A stretch of 64,000 nucleotides of DNA from Microthyrium microscopicum (Eukaryota). Location of the stretch: positions 1,894,627 to 1,958,626 of the forward strand of contig MU004230.1 of the NCBI GenBank assembly GCA_010405405.1. The letters run 5' to 3'. The notes under the pieces are model-generated. The model was not told where the DNA came from, made no database searches, and worked only from the letters and a program-made list of their open reading frames with translations. Below are positions 39,859-52,604 of the stretch, one piece after another (within the stretch, counting starts at the first letter, position 1; the number at the start of each line of letters is the position of its first letter). The position numbers and the translations under genes were made by a program.

Positions 39859-41917
39859 TAATATAAAGCTTAAAGCGTATTTATAGAGTAGAGGATAAGG
39901 ATTTAATTTTAGTAAAAATAGGCTTTTTTTAATAGGTCTATAATAGCGTAGGCGATAGTAATATTATTAAAGTTCTAGTAGTAGTATCTATAATAGGAAT
40001 AGTAGATATATAAAGATATCTTTTAATATACTAAAACTTACGCTATAAAAGGAACTAGCTAATAGAATAATAGGGATTAACTTTATCTTAAAGCTATAGG
40101 TTATCTATATTACTAATTCTATAAGTACTTAAATAGATGTAGATTCTATAGAATATTTTAATCTTATTAATACTAATTAATATAGGAATGCTTTCTTTAG
40201 GTGTAGTATAGTAGTATAATTAATAATTAAGGGTATTCTTATAAATAATTTTAAAGTCCTCTTGTTTCTAAAATAGGCTAAAGAATAGTAATAGCATATT
40301 AAATCTTATTATATAGTCGTTAGGGCTAATAGGTATTAAGTACGCAACTAAAGGTACTATATTATAGAATCTAGCACCTAATTCTATAATATTTTAAGAA
40401 GGAATAGTTGCTATTAGATTAAAGAAGTCTATAGGTAGGTTAATTAATATTTTAATATAATTTAGTAATAGTAATAAGACGTAGTACTTACTAGGATATT
40501 TATAGATTACTACTTTTAACTTATTGTTACCTTTATAGCGCGCGTTAAGTAAGTTACAATGTTTAGGATCTCTATAATTAGGCTTGTAGGTATAAAAGAA
40601 GTTAAGATTAGCGTTATCTAATAGTACTAATAGTTTATTTAATTCGTCCTTTTTAGGATCTAAAAAGGTATCTATTATATTCTTCTAATCTTAAGTAATA
40701 ACCTTAAAGTCTCTATCTTCTAATTAGTCTTTAGCCTAAGTTTTTATAATATCTAGAAGATTTAGTAATTTTAGTATAATTAGCTAGTAGTAGAAGTATA
40801 AAGGGAAGATCTAGGCTAAATGTAGGCTATAGAATAGGATCTAGAAGGTTAAGATCTTAAAAAATAGGCGGATTTAGTTACTAAAGTACTATAATACTAA
40901 AACTTATCTAAAATATTTAATATTCTATATCCTATATCTCTAAGATAAGACCTATCTAATAAATATAAATTTATATAGGGCAAGATATTAGGGGTTAAGA
41001 ACTAATTAAAAGACGCCTTAGATTTAAAGTTTATAATTCTCTCGTAACTCTACTAATTAGGCCCTTTTAGGTAAGGAACCCACATACTACTATAACGTCA
41101 ATTTCTAGTGCGGATAGGTTAAGGGATAATGAGCTGCTAAGCTGCAAGTAGATATAATCAATTGAGTAATAGGAGTGCTGATCTGGGGAAGAACTAGAAG
41201 AGGTGGATATGGTTCTTCTCATGGATTCGAATAACTTCAAGGATGATTGTGGAGGAGAGGAAAATCCACATGAATTAAACGAACTCGTTAATAATTGACC
41301 ACGCCACTGATGTGGATCGTTGATTTCGATGCCTACCTAACCTATCATGCCCATCCAGTATAACAATCGAGAAAATGTACCTACCAAGAAATTCAAGGTG
41401 CTTGGCGGAGCTAGATTAACCCAGGGATAATAAGGTATGTTGTGCATCATGGAAACTTTATACTGAGTGAATCATACGAGAATGGATTGACTTTTCATTA
41501 AGTCTCCTGGAGTCCTGACCACTAGGTGAGACTGATTTGTTGCATAGCATGATATGATTGAACTAGAAGAAACAGTTGTTCTAGAAGAAATGTACTACCA
41601 ATAATGGATTGAATATATCTTCTGTGCGGTAGGCTGGCTGTAGAATGATGTATGTAAATTGGATTGGTTCCCAGCGAAGCGGGGTCAGTTGGCAAAGCGT
41701 TGTAGTTCACGCTTTTCACATGCAGATATTCCACATGAGAGATAATCAATGCGGCGGTTAGTGGTTGTCGGAAGAAGGAGCGTGGCCAATCGACTTTGGA
41801 ATGTCAAACGATGGAAACGATCAACGAATTTAGGATGATGGATCGATATGACGTTGGAGAAATCGAGACTCTATGGCCCAACAAAAATACTTCTTGCATT
41901 TGTGATCTGATCTCCGC

Positions 41918-42130
41918 CAACGGCATGGCAAAATAAATGGCGTACTCCCATCAATTCTGATGGCTACCACCAGCGCTGCTAATTAAAAGGCGCTTTGATT
42001 CCCATCGTATCTGATAAATGCTCCCAATCTGAACGCCCTTTTTGGCAAATAAAGCACTCGATAACAAACCGTAGCCTCTGGGCGCCATCAGAGTTGATGG
42101 GAGTACGCCATTTATTTTGCCATGCCGTTG
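41918..42130. mobile_element. MITE, 213 bp, ~47-bp TIRs, 5-bp TSD
   Basis: TIR CAACGGCATGGCAAAATAAATGGCGTACTCCCATCAA(T/C)TCTGATGGC at both ends with 1 mismatch. TCCGC is duplicated at 41913-41917 and 42131-42135. Confidence 0.88.
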
Positions 42131-42552
42131 TCCGCGTCCCAGAATTTGTTCATATCTTGATATCAACGTATGTGACTAATAGCTTATGTGATGAGCTAGT
42201 GTGTATTGATGCCTGACAATTTACATATGTACGAAGCTCATCGCACCCCTGCCATTTGACTTTGGCCAGAGCTCATGACTTCTATCACCGCAGAGGCATG
42301 AACAGAAGTTGACGAGCTCGACATATTGACCTTGGACGTGTACAGAGCCGTCGCGTAACTCCAATCTACTTCATAAATCGCAAAAGACACATCAGGTTCT
42401 ATCATAGCATAACCTCCATAATTACACCTGGTCATTTCCGCTCTCTCCGCTTTATCTCACGGCGTCAGAGGATTCTTAATCTCACAATCTCGTGTTGCGA
42501 CACTTCTCTCTTCTCTCCCCTCCTCCTCATTTCAATATCGTCCACAGACCCC

Positions 42553-43112
42553 ATGCCTCCTTCAAGAGCTCTCGCTAGGGTTTGCCTTCGCTCTTCGCCC
42601 AACTTCTCTTCTCGATCCTTCCACCCATCGCTTCTATTACGAATACGGTTACATCCACTATCGATCGCTTCGCCCCGCCTCTCATTAACCGCGTACAATG
42701 GGAGATGTGCAGGAAACTTGATGCACGACATTCGAAGAGCGTACTCGAGCGCCGCAGTTCAGGGTGTAGACCCTGTCAAGCCCCCGGATTTCCTGGATGA
42801 GAAGGAGCTGGCCATCTTTGACCAGCTCAAAGAGGAGCTAAACCCTACAGAACTTGAAGTAGGTGAATTGTTGATCCTTTGACTAGGGAAGAAAGCACTC
42901 GCATATGGGCCTTGAAGTGGTTGGATGTTATGCTGATCATATTGCAGGTTCAAGATGTTAGTGGTGGCTGCGGAAGTATGTATGCCGTCGCAGTCACGTC
43001 AGAGAAGTTTCGAGGTCTACCGATGATCAAACAGCATCGGCTGGTCAATGAGATTCTCAAGGAGAAAATAAAGGATTGGCACGGAATGCAACTGAGGACA
43101 AAGGTGCCTTGA
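42553..43112 (+). CDS. BOL3: Mitochondrial BolA-family protein (BOLA3/Bol3/Aim1-like), 156 aa
   Basis: Exons 42553-42858 and 42948-43112. Arg/Ser-rich presequence, then LNPTELEVQDVSGGCGSMY..FRGLPMIKQHRLVNEILK..WHGMQLRT. Confidence 0.88.
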
Positions 43113-43750
43113 GTATGGGTATAGAACCGAGCTAACCTGGACCGTTAAGTACGACAAATTGAGCTGCCACATGTTGTAGCAGTATGATATGATAAACTGT
43201 AGATTATCGTAAAAAGAGCTTTGGTATCATAATTGCCCAGTTCTGACAAACATGTAGGAAAGTATAATAACAAGTAAAGACATAAAACGTGCATACGGCA
43301 ACATCATTTTCGCCTTCTACTTACTGCATGATCATACTATATATGAAATAATCGCTTCTGCAGAATCAGCCCTCAGAAAACTGGTCTAAACAATCTCCCT
43401 TTCCTTCTTGGTCTCTTGCTGTAGGGACTTTCATTACTCCAACACACGCGTAAAAAGATCTTGCGACCCGGTGTTATTTTGAAAGCGCTAGCAATCGCAC
43501 CTGCACCGATAACATGGTATTATCAGGGCTCCAGGCCCAAATACTCAGCGCGCCAGTAAAGCAGTTGAGCCTTCCTTGATAAGTGACTGCTCTTAGATGT
43601 TGAGGTATAATGTTCGCGGATGTTGGCCTCAAGCGCGCGTCTAACATAAATATGCATCATCGCCCTTAACTTTCCATCGCGTTCGCGTCGTTCTTATACC
43701 TCTACACCTTACGCCCAACTTCACAACAATCATCTCCAACGTCTTTCATC

Positions 43751-45559
43751 ATGGCTGACTACAATAAAATGACCGTTGCGAACCTCCGCGTTCTACTCAA
43801 AGATCGCGGAATACCCCAAACCGGCCTGGCGCGCAAGGCGCAAATTGTCGCAAAGTTGGAGGAAGTCGATGCTGCAAGCAATGCTGCTGTTGAAGATCCC
43901 GTTGACGATGGCAACACTGCTGAACCAGAACAGGCGGAAGAGCCTCCCGCTCCAACTCAGCCAGCGGCTCCTACAGAATTGTCGCCAAAACCGTCGCCAG
44001 AACCAGTGCCAGAACCAGCGCTTTCCGCACCATCCCCACCACCACAGAAGAGTCCGTCGCCTACAATAGAAGCAGTAGCTCCTCCACAAGTCCCAGAGTC
44101 AGAACCTACTGAGACTACATCATCTGTACCACCTCCTACATTTCAATCGCAATCATCTCCATCACAATCAAAGGCTCCAAGTCTTAACCTTTCAGCCTCA
44201 CAAACCCCCGTTCCATCGAAAGAGGCGCCTTCTACACAAGCAACATCTGAGGCAATGCTACCCCCATCGACCGCAGACACCACTATGACGTCGCAGGTAG
44301 ATACTGATGTGGACGAGCGTAAAAAGCGAAAGAGACGTAGCGGCTCACCTTCAGTTGACACACAAGATATTGCCTTGAAGAAAGCCAAATATCTCGCCGA
44401 AGATGTTCATCTCAAAGAAGACGACGAGGCAGCCAAGCCAAAGGAGGAGAAGAACGATATCTCAATGCCAGATGCGCCAAAGATAGAAGCGGGCCATGAT
44501 GAACCTGAGAATTTGGCCAAGGTAGAGCCACAAGCACCACTGAAAGAGGGCGATGTTCCTGTGAAACGACAGTCACCTGCTCACGAGCGAAGACCTGCCA
44601 AGGAATCAAGATATCAACAGCTACTACCAGTTGAGAAAGGGGAACAAGGCTCTGTCCCACCCACTCCCATTGATGACTTGCCAACTCCTCCGCCAGCAAT
44701 CCACCATGCAACCCGCGCACTGTATATTCGCGATCTAATGCGGCCTTTGCAGCCTTCTGCGTTGAAGAATCACTTGGCCTCATTGACGGGAACATCAGAC
44801 GATACTTCGATTGAGACTCTACATGTCGATTCCATACGGTCCCATGCTTTTGTTGTGGTCTCAACAACCAATGGTGCAGCTCGTATTCGTGCAGGTATGC
44901 ATAATCAAATCTGGCCCAAGGAGCGAGATAGGAAGCAACTATGGGTGGATTATATACCCGAAGCAAAGGTCCAAGAATGGATCGACACAGAAACCAATTC
45001 GGGTGGTGGTTCGCGCCTGAGCAATAAGAAATGGGAGGTGGAATATCGTTCTCGCGACGGCGAGATGGTTGCTGAGCTTGTTGAAGCCGGCTCTGGTGCA
45101 CCTTCTAGACCTCCGCCAGCTAGACCGGAATCTCGTCAGTGGGAAGTCGAAGATCGCCGACCCTCCTATTCACGCGAGGATCGTCAACCATCCATCAGTC
45201 GGGCGCCTACAGCCCCGAAGTTTCCTCAACCAAAAGAAGCAGAAAAGTCGTTTGTGGCACTTGATAAGCTGTTCAAATCTACCACCGCAAAGCCGATGCT
45301 CTACTTCAAGCCCGTTGATACAGACTTGGCTGATAAGCGACTGGACGAGCTCGATGACTTGACTGCCCGAAAGTGGAGCGATAAAGACTGGCGGGAAGAC
45401 GAGCAACACTATCGATATTCTTTCGAAGGAGATAAGCTGGTGAGTGGAGGTCTACATAGAGCTCAAGGTGCTCAAGCTCGCTTGGCTGATGGACGAAATG
45501 CTGGTCATCGTCCGCCTCGCTTCAACAATGGCCCTCGTGGTGGAGGATGGCGGCGATGA
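43751..45559 (+). CDS. Acinus-like protein (SAP + RRM + RSB motif), 602 aa
   Basis: N-terminal SAP domain (YNKMTVANLRVLLKDRGIPQTG..KAQIVAKL), Acinus-type RRM (ALYIRDLMRP..DSIRSHAFV..WP..KQLWVDY) and RSB-like motif LDKLFKSTTAKPMLYFKP. Confidence 0.85.
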   Translation: MADYNKMTVANLRVLLKDRGIPQTGLARKAQIVAKLEEVDAASNAAVEDPVDDGNTAEPEQAEEPPAPTQPAAPTELSPKPSPEPVPEPALSAPSPPPQKSPSPTIEAVAPPQVPESEPTETTSSVPPPTFQSQSSPSQSKAPSLNLSASQTPVPSKEAPSTQATSEAMLPPSTADTTMTSQVDTDVDERKKRKRRSGSPSVDTQDIALKKAKYLAEDVHLKEDDEAAKPKEEKNDISMPDAPKIEAGHDEPENLAKVEPQAPLKEGDVPVKRQSPAHERRPAKESRYQQLLPVEKGEQGSVPPTPIDDLPTPPPAIHHATRALYIRDLMRPLQPSALKNHLASLTGTSDDTSIETLHVDSIRSHAFVVVSTTNGAARIRAGMHNQIWPKERDRKQLWVDYIPEAKVQEWIDTETNSGGGSRLSNKKWEVEYRSRDGEMVAELVEAGSGAPSRPPPARPESRQWEVEDRRPSYSREDRQPSISRAPTAPKFPQPKEAEKSFVALDKLFKSTTAKPMLYFKPVDTDLADKRLDELDDLTARKWSDKDWREDEQHYRYSFEGDKLVSGGLHRAQGAQARLADGRNAGHRPPRFNNGPRGGGWRR

Positions 45560-47224
45560 TTGTCTGTTGTAATCTGTCTGAGTATTCCCATCGGTGGCAG
45601 TTTGATGGTTCATGTTCGGGCGTCAAAAATGTTCCGCATAGCATGGTTATGATATCAAGAACTGGAGTTCCCAGTGGTGGAACCAATGGAAAGCTGGCTT
45701 CAAATGTATCTAGCTTAGCCAAGTGAAGAACAAATAGTTACTCTCGAATAAATATGAAGGTCGTATTTGTCTGCTGATGTTGTACATTCTTTGGATATCA
45801 AAATCACAAGTCAGGTAATTCCGGGGAATATTTCCGAGCTAAAGCAAGCGACTAGTACTTCCTAGCGCTGAGAATTAGTTTAAAAATAAAACGTAGTTTG
45901 ACTTGGCAAGGCTGAGAGATACCGTAGGAAATCAGTGAATTGAGCAACGTGAATTTGTGGAGGGAGAGGGCGTTTGATGGCGTTTTTAGTGAGGTTCCTG
46001 TAGAAACGCCCCTAGTAGTAATTTACTACTAATCCATTTTTATAACTATAAACCCTGTAATCCTGTTCAACTTCATATTATCTTAAATAAGGAATTCCAA
46101 TATTAAAACAGGCATATTTAAAGCTTAAGATATTAAGAACTAGACGATATAGAATTATATATAGGTATATAAATTAAAGCGCTCTTTTTGATATTAATAT
46201 TACTTAGTCGTTACTAATAATTTTCTTAACTCTACTAGATTTGCTATAGGTTAAGAATACTGCCTAATTTAACGCTAAACGACCAATATTATAAGTCTTA
46301 TTACTAATAGAATATTGCTATTAGATGTCCTATCTTAACATTTTAAGTAGGTTCTAGAGTGGGATCGTAGGCCTATTTAGGAAGCTATTAATGCTAGTCT
46401 TTAAGTATCTATTTTAGTAACCTAAGAGCATCCTACTATATAAAATAGGTAGGATTTAACTCTTTAAGTTTGCTATAGGATTCAATTTAGGGGGGGGCAT
46501 TGGATAGCAGTATTAGATACTAATTCTAAAGGGGAAGAGGTTATAGATTTAGAGGGAGAACAGGCTAAGGTATAATAAATAGCTAAGATATCTATAGCGG
46601 TATAAGAATAGGTAAATTTTATAGTAGGACGTCTATCATCCCTATGAAGGACGTTATAAATCTATTATCTTCGTCTAAATTAATATTAGTAGCGTTATCT
46701 TTAATATTAACATCTTTAGTATCTCTAGTATTAACTTTAGATGTTAGAATCTTATCTTCATTATAATATTCCTTACCGTTATTATTACTAACATTAGATA
46801 CGTATACTTTAGGATTATTAACCTTCTCTTAAAGATCGTCCTATTTAGCGATAGTATCTTTAATAGATTCTAGCTTTACTAAATACTAGTTTAAAAGGTC
46901 TAGTAGTTGTAGTAAATCTTTAATACTAATGTTATAATGCTTATTAGTAATAGTAGTATTTAACTAATTATTTAATCCTATAGCAATAAAGGAGCGCCTA
47001 ATAACTTTAGTATTATAAGTATATATTTAATTCTACGCCTATTCTATAATATACGTTATAAATATGCAATATTAAGATATTATCTATTCTAGAGGCTCTA
47101 TAGATTTTATATTAAGGAAGTCTTTAAAGCATTCCTATTAGTAGAATGTAGGGGCCTATATATCTTACAATTCCTTAACTATTTGTTTAAAGAGCTTGTT
47201 TATGCTAATATTAAGTAGTTAGAT

Positions 47225-47550
47225 TGTAAGAACAGGAATACAAGTAGCGCCATTATAAAGGTATAGAAAGGATATAATTAGACTAGTATTAACTAGCATG
47301 TTATATTATATACTAAATAATCGTGTATAGAATCTCTAAAGCCTCTAGAATTAGGGGGAATTCTAGGGCATTAAATACACCTAAGGGAATAAAGATTATC
47401 TTAGCCTTTGTTAGTAATCTTTAAAGATCTAATAAAGATCTTTAATTAGATTACAAAGATCTTTAATTAGATAACAAAGACTATAAAGAACTAATAGCCA
47501 AATAGGTTAGTTCTGAAAGAATACTAGTATTAAATCTAGTTATTCTTACA
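47225..47550 (-). repeat. Copia 3' LTR
   Basis: TGTAAGAAC...GTTATTCTTACA; direct repeat of 52279-52604. Confidence 0.93.
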
Positions 47551-50500
47551 CGCTCCCTTAATATTTATTCCATTAGAATTTAATTTATTTAAGGTGTTTT
47601 TCAACTATAGTTAGACCTACTAACTATATTTTCTTATAATCTAGTATTTTAGATTATATTATAACTAATAATATAGTTATATTTTAACTTTTCTAATAAG
47701 TTAATTTAGTAAGTAGATTTCTTACTTTTTTTATTATTTCTAGCTTTTTAGCTATTATTTATCTTCCAACTCCTAGATTAGGTGCTAGGTAATTAAATAT
47801 AATAGAATTTAATCCTTTAGTAAATATATCTGCTAGCTAATTCTTAGTATTAATATAATTTAATACTACTATTTTATTTTGTACGTTTTCTCTTACAAAG
47901 TAATATTATATATCTATATATTTAGATCTAGCGTGGTGTTCTAGATTATTAGCTAGTTCTATAGTAGATTTACTATCTATAAATATATTAACAGATTTAT
48001 ATTTAATTACGTTAATTTCATTAAGTAATTCTTTTAGAAACATTAGTTCTTTAACTATTTCTTTTAAAGCAATATATTCTACTTCGCAGCTAGATAATAC
48101 TACAGATTTCTGTAGTTTACTAAACCAACTAATTACGTTATTTCCTAATTTAAATACGTAACCAGTAGTAGATCGTCTAGAATCTAAATCACCCCCCCAA
48201 TCTAAGTCTAAGAATCCTATTAGTTCTATATTAGATTAAGTTATTTTACACTAGTTACTAGCTATATAAACTAGTTTATAATCTTTAGTGTAATTTAGAT
48301 ATTTCCACACTTTATCTAATAATTTAAAGTATTCTTCTAAGGAATTAGCCATAAATCTAGCGCAAAAACTAACAGAATATGCTATATCTAGCCTTGTTTT
48401 AGTAGTTAAATAAATCAGCGCTCCTACCTATTGCTAGTATAGTTTTAGATTAATTAAATTAATATTTTTATCGCTATTTTTTCTACTTTTAACACCTAGT
48501 TCTACAAGTATAGAACAGGGCTTTAAATCCTCTTTATTAAACCATTTAATAATATTATTTAAATATTTTTCTTAGCTTAATTCTAGTATTCTTCTAGATC
48601 TATCTCTTTTAATTTAAATTCCTAAGAATATATTTACATCGCCTAAATTAGTTACTTTTAGGTCTAAACGTAATTCAGTATAAAGATTATTAATATCTTT
48701 TAAACTTAGGCTAAATACTAATATATCGTCCACGTAAACAAGAATTATAATATTAGACTCCACATTCTTATATAAGCACAGCGAGATTAATTTAAATCCA
48801 TACTTATTTAATACCATAGTTAGATAATTAAGCCATAGTCTAGAAGACTATTTTAAGCCATATAGTACTTTATTTAGCTTACATACTTTATTTTTAGTAT
48901 TTTCTATTATAAATCCAATTAGTTATTCTAGATAAATATCTTTATCTATTTCAGCGTGAATAAATACGTTTTTAATATCCCATTACTATATTTCTAGATC
49001 TAGTAAATTACTTATAGAAAATAACATTCTATAAGCTTCTACTCTACACGTAGATATAAAGGTTTCATCGTAATCTAAACCTAGTTCTTATATAAATCCT
49101 TTTACTACCCATCTAGCTTTATATTTAACTAGATTATTAAGAGCGTCTATTTTAATTTTATACACCCAGCGGCCTCTAAGAACCTTTAAATCTATAGAAT
49201 TATCTACTAAATTCCAGGTCTTTTATAGTTCTAATTCGTCTACTTCAGCTTTCATAGCTTCTAACCATTTATTTTTATCTAAGCTTTTAATAGCTTAATT
49301 ATATATTTTAGGTTCTTTATTTAGCAGATTACTTTCTATTATAATAAATACGTTATCTTCTTCTAAATTAGCTAAATCCAGGGTTATATTATTATTAATA
49401 GCAAGTTTATTAATTATAATGCTAGCTGTTTTAACTTAATTTTCTAAGTTATCTATTTTAATAACGTCAATTTAATCAATATTATTTTCTACTACTTTAT
49501 TCTTTATAATAAAATCTATTAGCTCCTTCTTTTTATAGTTTTCTATATCGTAAAGTTCTTATTTATAGTATTTATTTTCAAATATAACTAAATCTCTAAC
49601 CCATTGAGTAGATTTAGATTTAATATCATAGATTTTAAATATATTAGTACCTAGGCCAACTAGAATTCCAAGTTTCGCCTTAGAATCTAGCTTTTTTAAA
49701 CCTATACTTTTATCTTTATATAAAACTATAGATCCAAAGATCTTTAATTAATCTAATTTTAGTTTTATATTATATTTACACTCATAGGGTATCTTATTAT
49801 CTAGGCTACTATTTAGCGTTCTATTATAAATATAAACAGCTATTAGAGCAGCTTCTCCCCAAAAGGTTTTAGGTAGATTACTCTCTTTTAACATTATATT
49901 TATTTTAGCAACAATTATATAGTTATAAATTTCTATTATACCATTTTGTTCGTATATATAAAGAGTACTATATTCTTATCTAACGCCTTCCTCTTTTAGA
50001 AAGTTATTAAGCTTTCTATTTTTAAATTCTCAACCTTCGTCAGATTTAAAAACAATTAATCTTCGTTTATTATTACTATTATTATAATAGTATTCATTTT
50101 TAACTAAACGTTTTATTTCTACTATATTAGGATATATTTCATCCTTAGTACGTAGTAGACGTATTTCTAGATATCTAGTAGCAACGTCTATAGCTAGTAG
50201 AATATAACAAAAACCATTAAAAGTAGTTAGATTTATAGGGCCACATAAATCAGCTACTATCTTATCTAAGAAGTATTTTGGTTTCTCTATTATATCTTTA
50301 TTTTTACGATTAGTTATTTTACTTTTAATACATATATCGCATTTACTAGAATCAAATTTACCTAGATTTGTAACAGCTATTAATTTAGCTTTATATAATA
50401 GATATAATTTTCTACTAGAAGCATATCCTAGTCTTTTATACCACACTAAGGCAGATAGCGTTACTAGCTTTTTAGCTTTCTTTTTATTATTATTACTTAT

Positions 50501-52278
50501 AATAGAAGTAGCTATTCTAGAAATAAAACAGTTCTCTACATCTAATTTAAGTAGGTATAAGTTATTAACTTTAAGAGCTATTATAATAAGCTTTTTATCT
50601 TTATAAATTAGAGCTATATTATCTTTAAATTCTATAGTAAAATTAGAAGATAACTTACTTATAGAAATTAAATTAACGCCTAGATCAAGACAATATAAAC
50701 AGTCTTTTAATTTAAATAATATTCCACTAAGTCTAACTACTATATCTCCAATTCCAGTAGCTATAATAGTGCCTACCTTACCCCAATTAATAGGAATATT
50801 ACATAGTTTAAAACAATGAAACCATGTCTTATCTACTATTAAATAAGAACTAGCCCCTAAATCTAATATAAAATTAGTAGGTTTACTTATAGTAGAAAGT
50901 AATAATACGTACGCTTATTCTTCAGTATCTAAGTAATCTATAACATCTTCGTAAGCGCCTAGTATCTCAGGCTAAACAGTATTAGATTCTTCGCTTTTAG
51001 TACTTTTATTATCTAGATCTAGATCAAAGTCTAGCTCTATTAGTAAATCTAGGTTAGAACTAGTAGTAACTAGTACCTAGTCTTCTATTCTAGCTCAAAC
51101 GAGCTTAGTAGATTTAGATTTCTTACTAGAATCCTTTAAAATCTTGCCATTATTTAGCGTTTTTTAAGTTATTAATTTAATTCTAGGCTTACTATAATCA
51201 ATAGCAACATTGGCTCATTCTTAACATTTAAATAACTCTCTAGTTCCTAGAGAATATCTAGCCATATTTAGATTATCGTTAGATCTAGATCTAGATTCTC
51301 GTTCATCTATTTTACCTCCATAACGGAACCAACAGCTTGCTAAGTAATAGCCTATCTTTTTACAGTAGTAGCACTATTTACTAGAATCAGGTCAATTATT
51401 ACGTCTAGCGCTATATTAGTTATTAGATCTATCGTTAGATCTATAATTACTATAGAGTACTATTTCCTTTTCTAGGTATTCTTGTCTTCTAGATTCGTCT
51501 AGTAAATTAGCAAAAAGAACTTCTAGATCTATCTCTAGCGTCTTATCACGGTAAGATTACGTAATAATACCAACGAAAGCGTCATAGCTTAGTGTTAGCC
51601 TATTAAGTAACCAGGCAGCTACGACCTATTTTAGCAATTCTATGTCTTTCGAAACGAGTTAATCTAATAACGATTTAATTCGATTTAGAAACTCTTCCAT
51701 AGAGTTAAATCGGGTTAGGCTAATATCAAAGAACTCCTTATAAATCAGGAATTCACTAGAGAAACCTTTAAAACTATATAAATTACTAAGGGCTATCTAG
51801 GTCTCTAGAGCTATATTATATTTACTAACTTATAGTAAGAGTCCATTTTCCAGGGCCAGCCTAATATAGGATAGTGCTTTAGCGTCCATTTTAGCCTAAA
51901 CAACTACATCATCTTTAATAGCCTTATCTATCTCTTTATTTACTAGAACGGCATACATTCATAGCTTCCACATGTCGTAGTTATCAGAACCACGCAATTT
52001 CGTAATTTTGTAGGGATCCATAGCTTCATATTAGTCAGATCTAATAGTACTAAAAATTTAAAGCTAAAATATCTATTTTTAGTAAAGATATTATTAAGTA
52101 ATATTAGTTAAATTTACTTATTCTTATATAGAAGTAATAAAGTATAGTTAGAATATGTATACAGGGATACAGCGTTTAAAGCTTCTTATTAGTTAAATGC
52201 TTACTAGCGTCATTTCTTTGTTCTTAAAGAGGTTAGTTTTAATTAGATACTTTTTAGCTTTGTTCCAGGCTTATAACC

Positions 52279-52604
52279 TATAAGAACAAGAATACGAGTA
52301 GCGCCGTTATAAAGGTATAGAAAGGATATAATTAGACTAGTATTAACTAGCGTGTTATATTATATACTAAATAATCATATATAGAATCTCTAAAGCCTCT
52401 AGAATTAGGAGGAATTCTAGAGCGTTAAATACACCTAAGGGAATAAAGATTATCTTAGCCTTTGTTAGTAATCTTCAAAGATCTGATAAAGATCTTTGAT
52501 TAGATTACAAAGATCTTTGATTAGATAACAAAGACTATAAAGAACTAATAGCCAAATAGGTTAGTTCTAAAAGAATACTAGTATTAAATCTAGTTATTCT
52601 TATA
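52279..52604 (-). repeat. Copia 5' LTR
   Basis: Same 326-bp sequence with RIPped termini (TATAAG...TTATA); adjacent to the PBS. Confidence 0.93.

Larger units (their letters stand above)
30370..41118 (-). mobile_element. piggyBac-family DNA transposon (RIP-inactivated), interrupted by a Gypsy element
   Basis: TTAA at 30366-30369 and 41119-41122 flanking CCTA../..TAGG ends. Minus-strand transposase relic PIFTKIKSLSSTL*IRFKLYI|TPLTYILINKIIVKYIGR..KGKLILKGFKI reads in frame across the insertion (de-RIPped ~SIDE..GR..KPIPEGFKI). IFYNNFFTS..VGT at ~31.7 kb matches the DNFFTS motif. Confidence 0.88.
47225..52604 (-). mobile_element. Full-length Ty1/Copia LTR retrotransposon, RIP-mutated
   Basis: 326-bp LTRs at 47225-47550 and 52279-52604; TSD TAGAT at 47220-47224 and 52605-52609; PBS GGTTATAAGCC and PPT AAGGGAGCG. 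gag start MDPYKITKLRGSDNYDMWK (~52020), integrase WYKRLGY..CDIC..ADLCGP..KSDEG (50030-50446) and RT ILVYVDDIL (~48730), in IN-RT-RH order. Confidence 0.95.
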
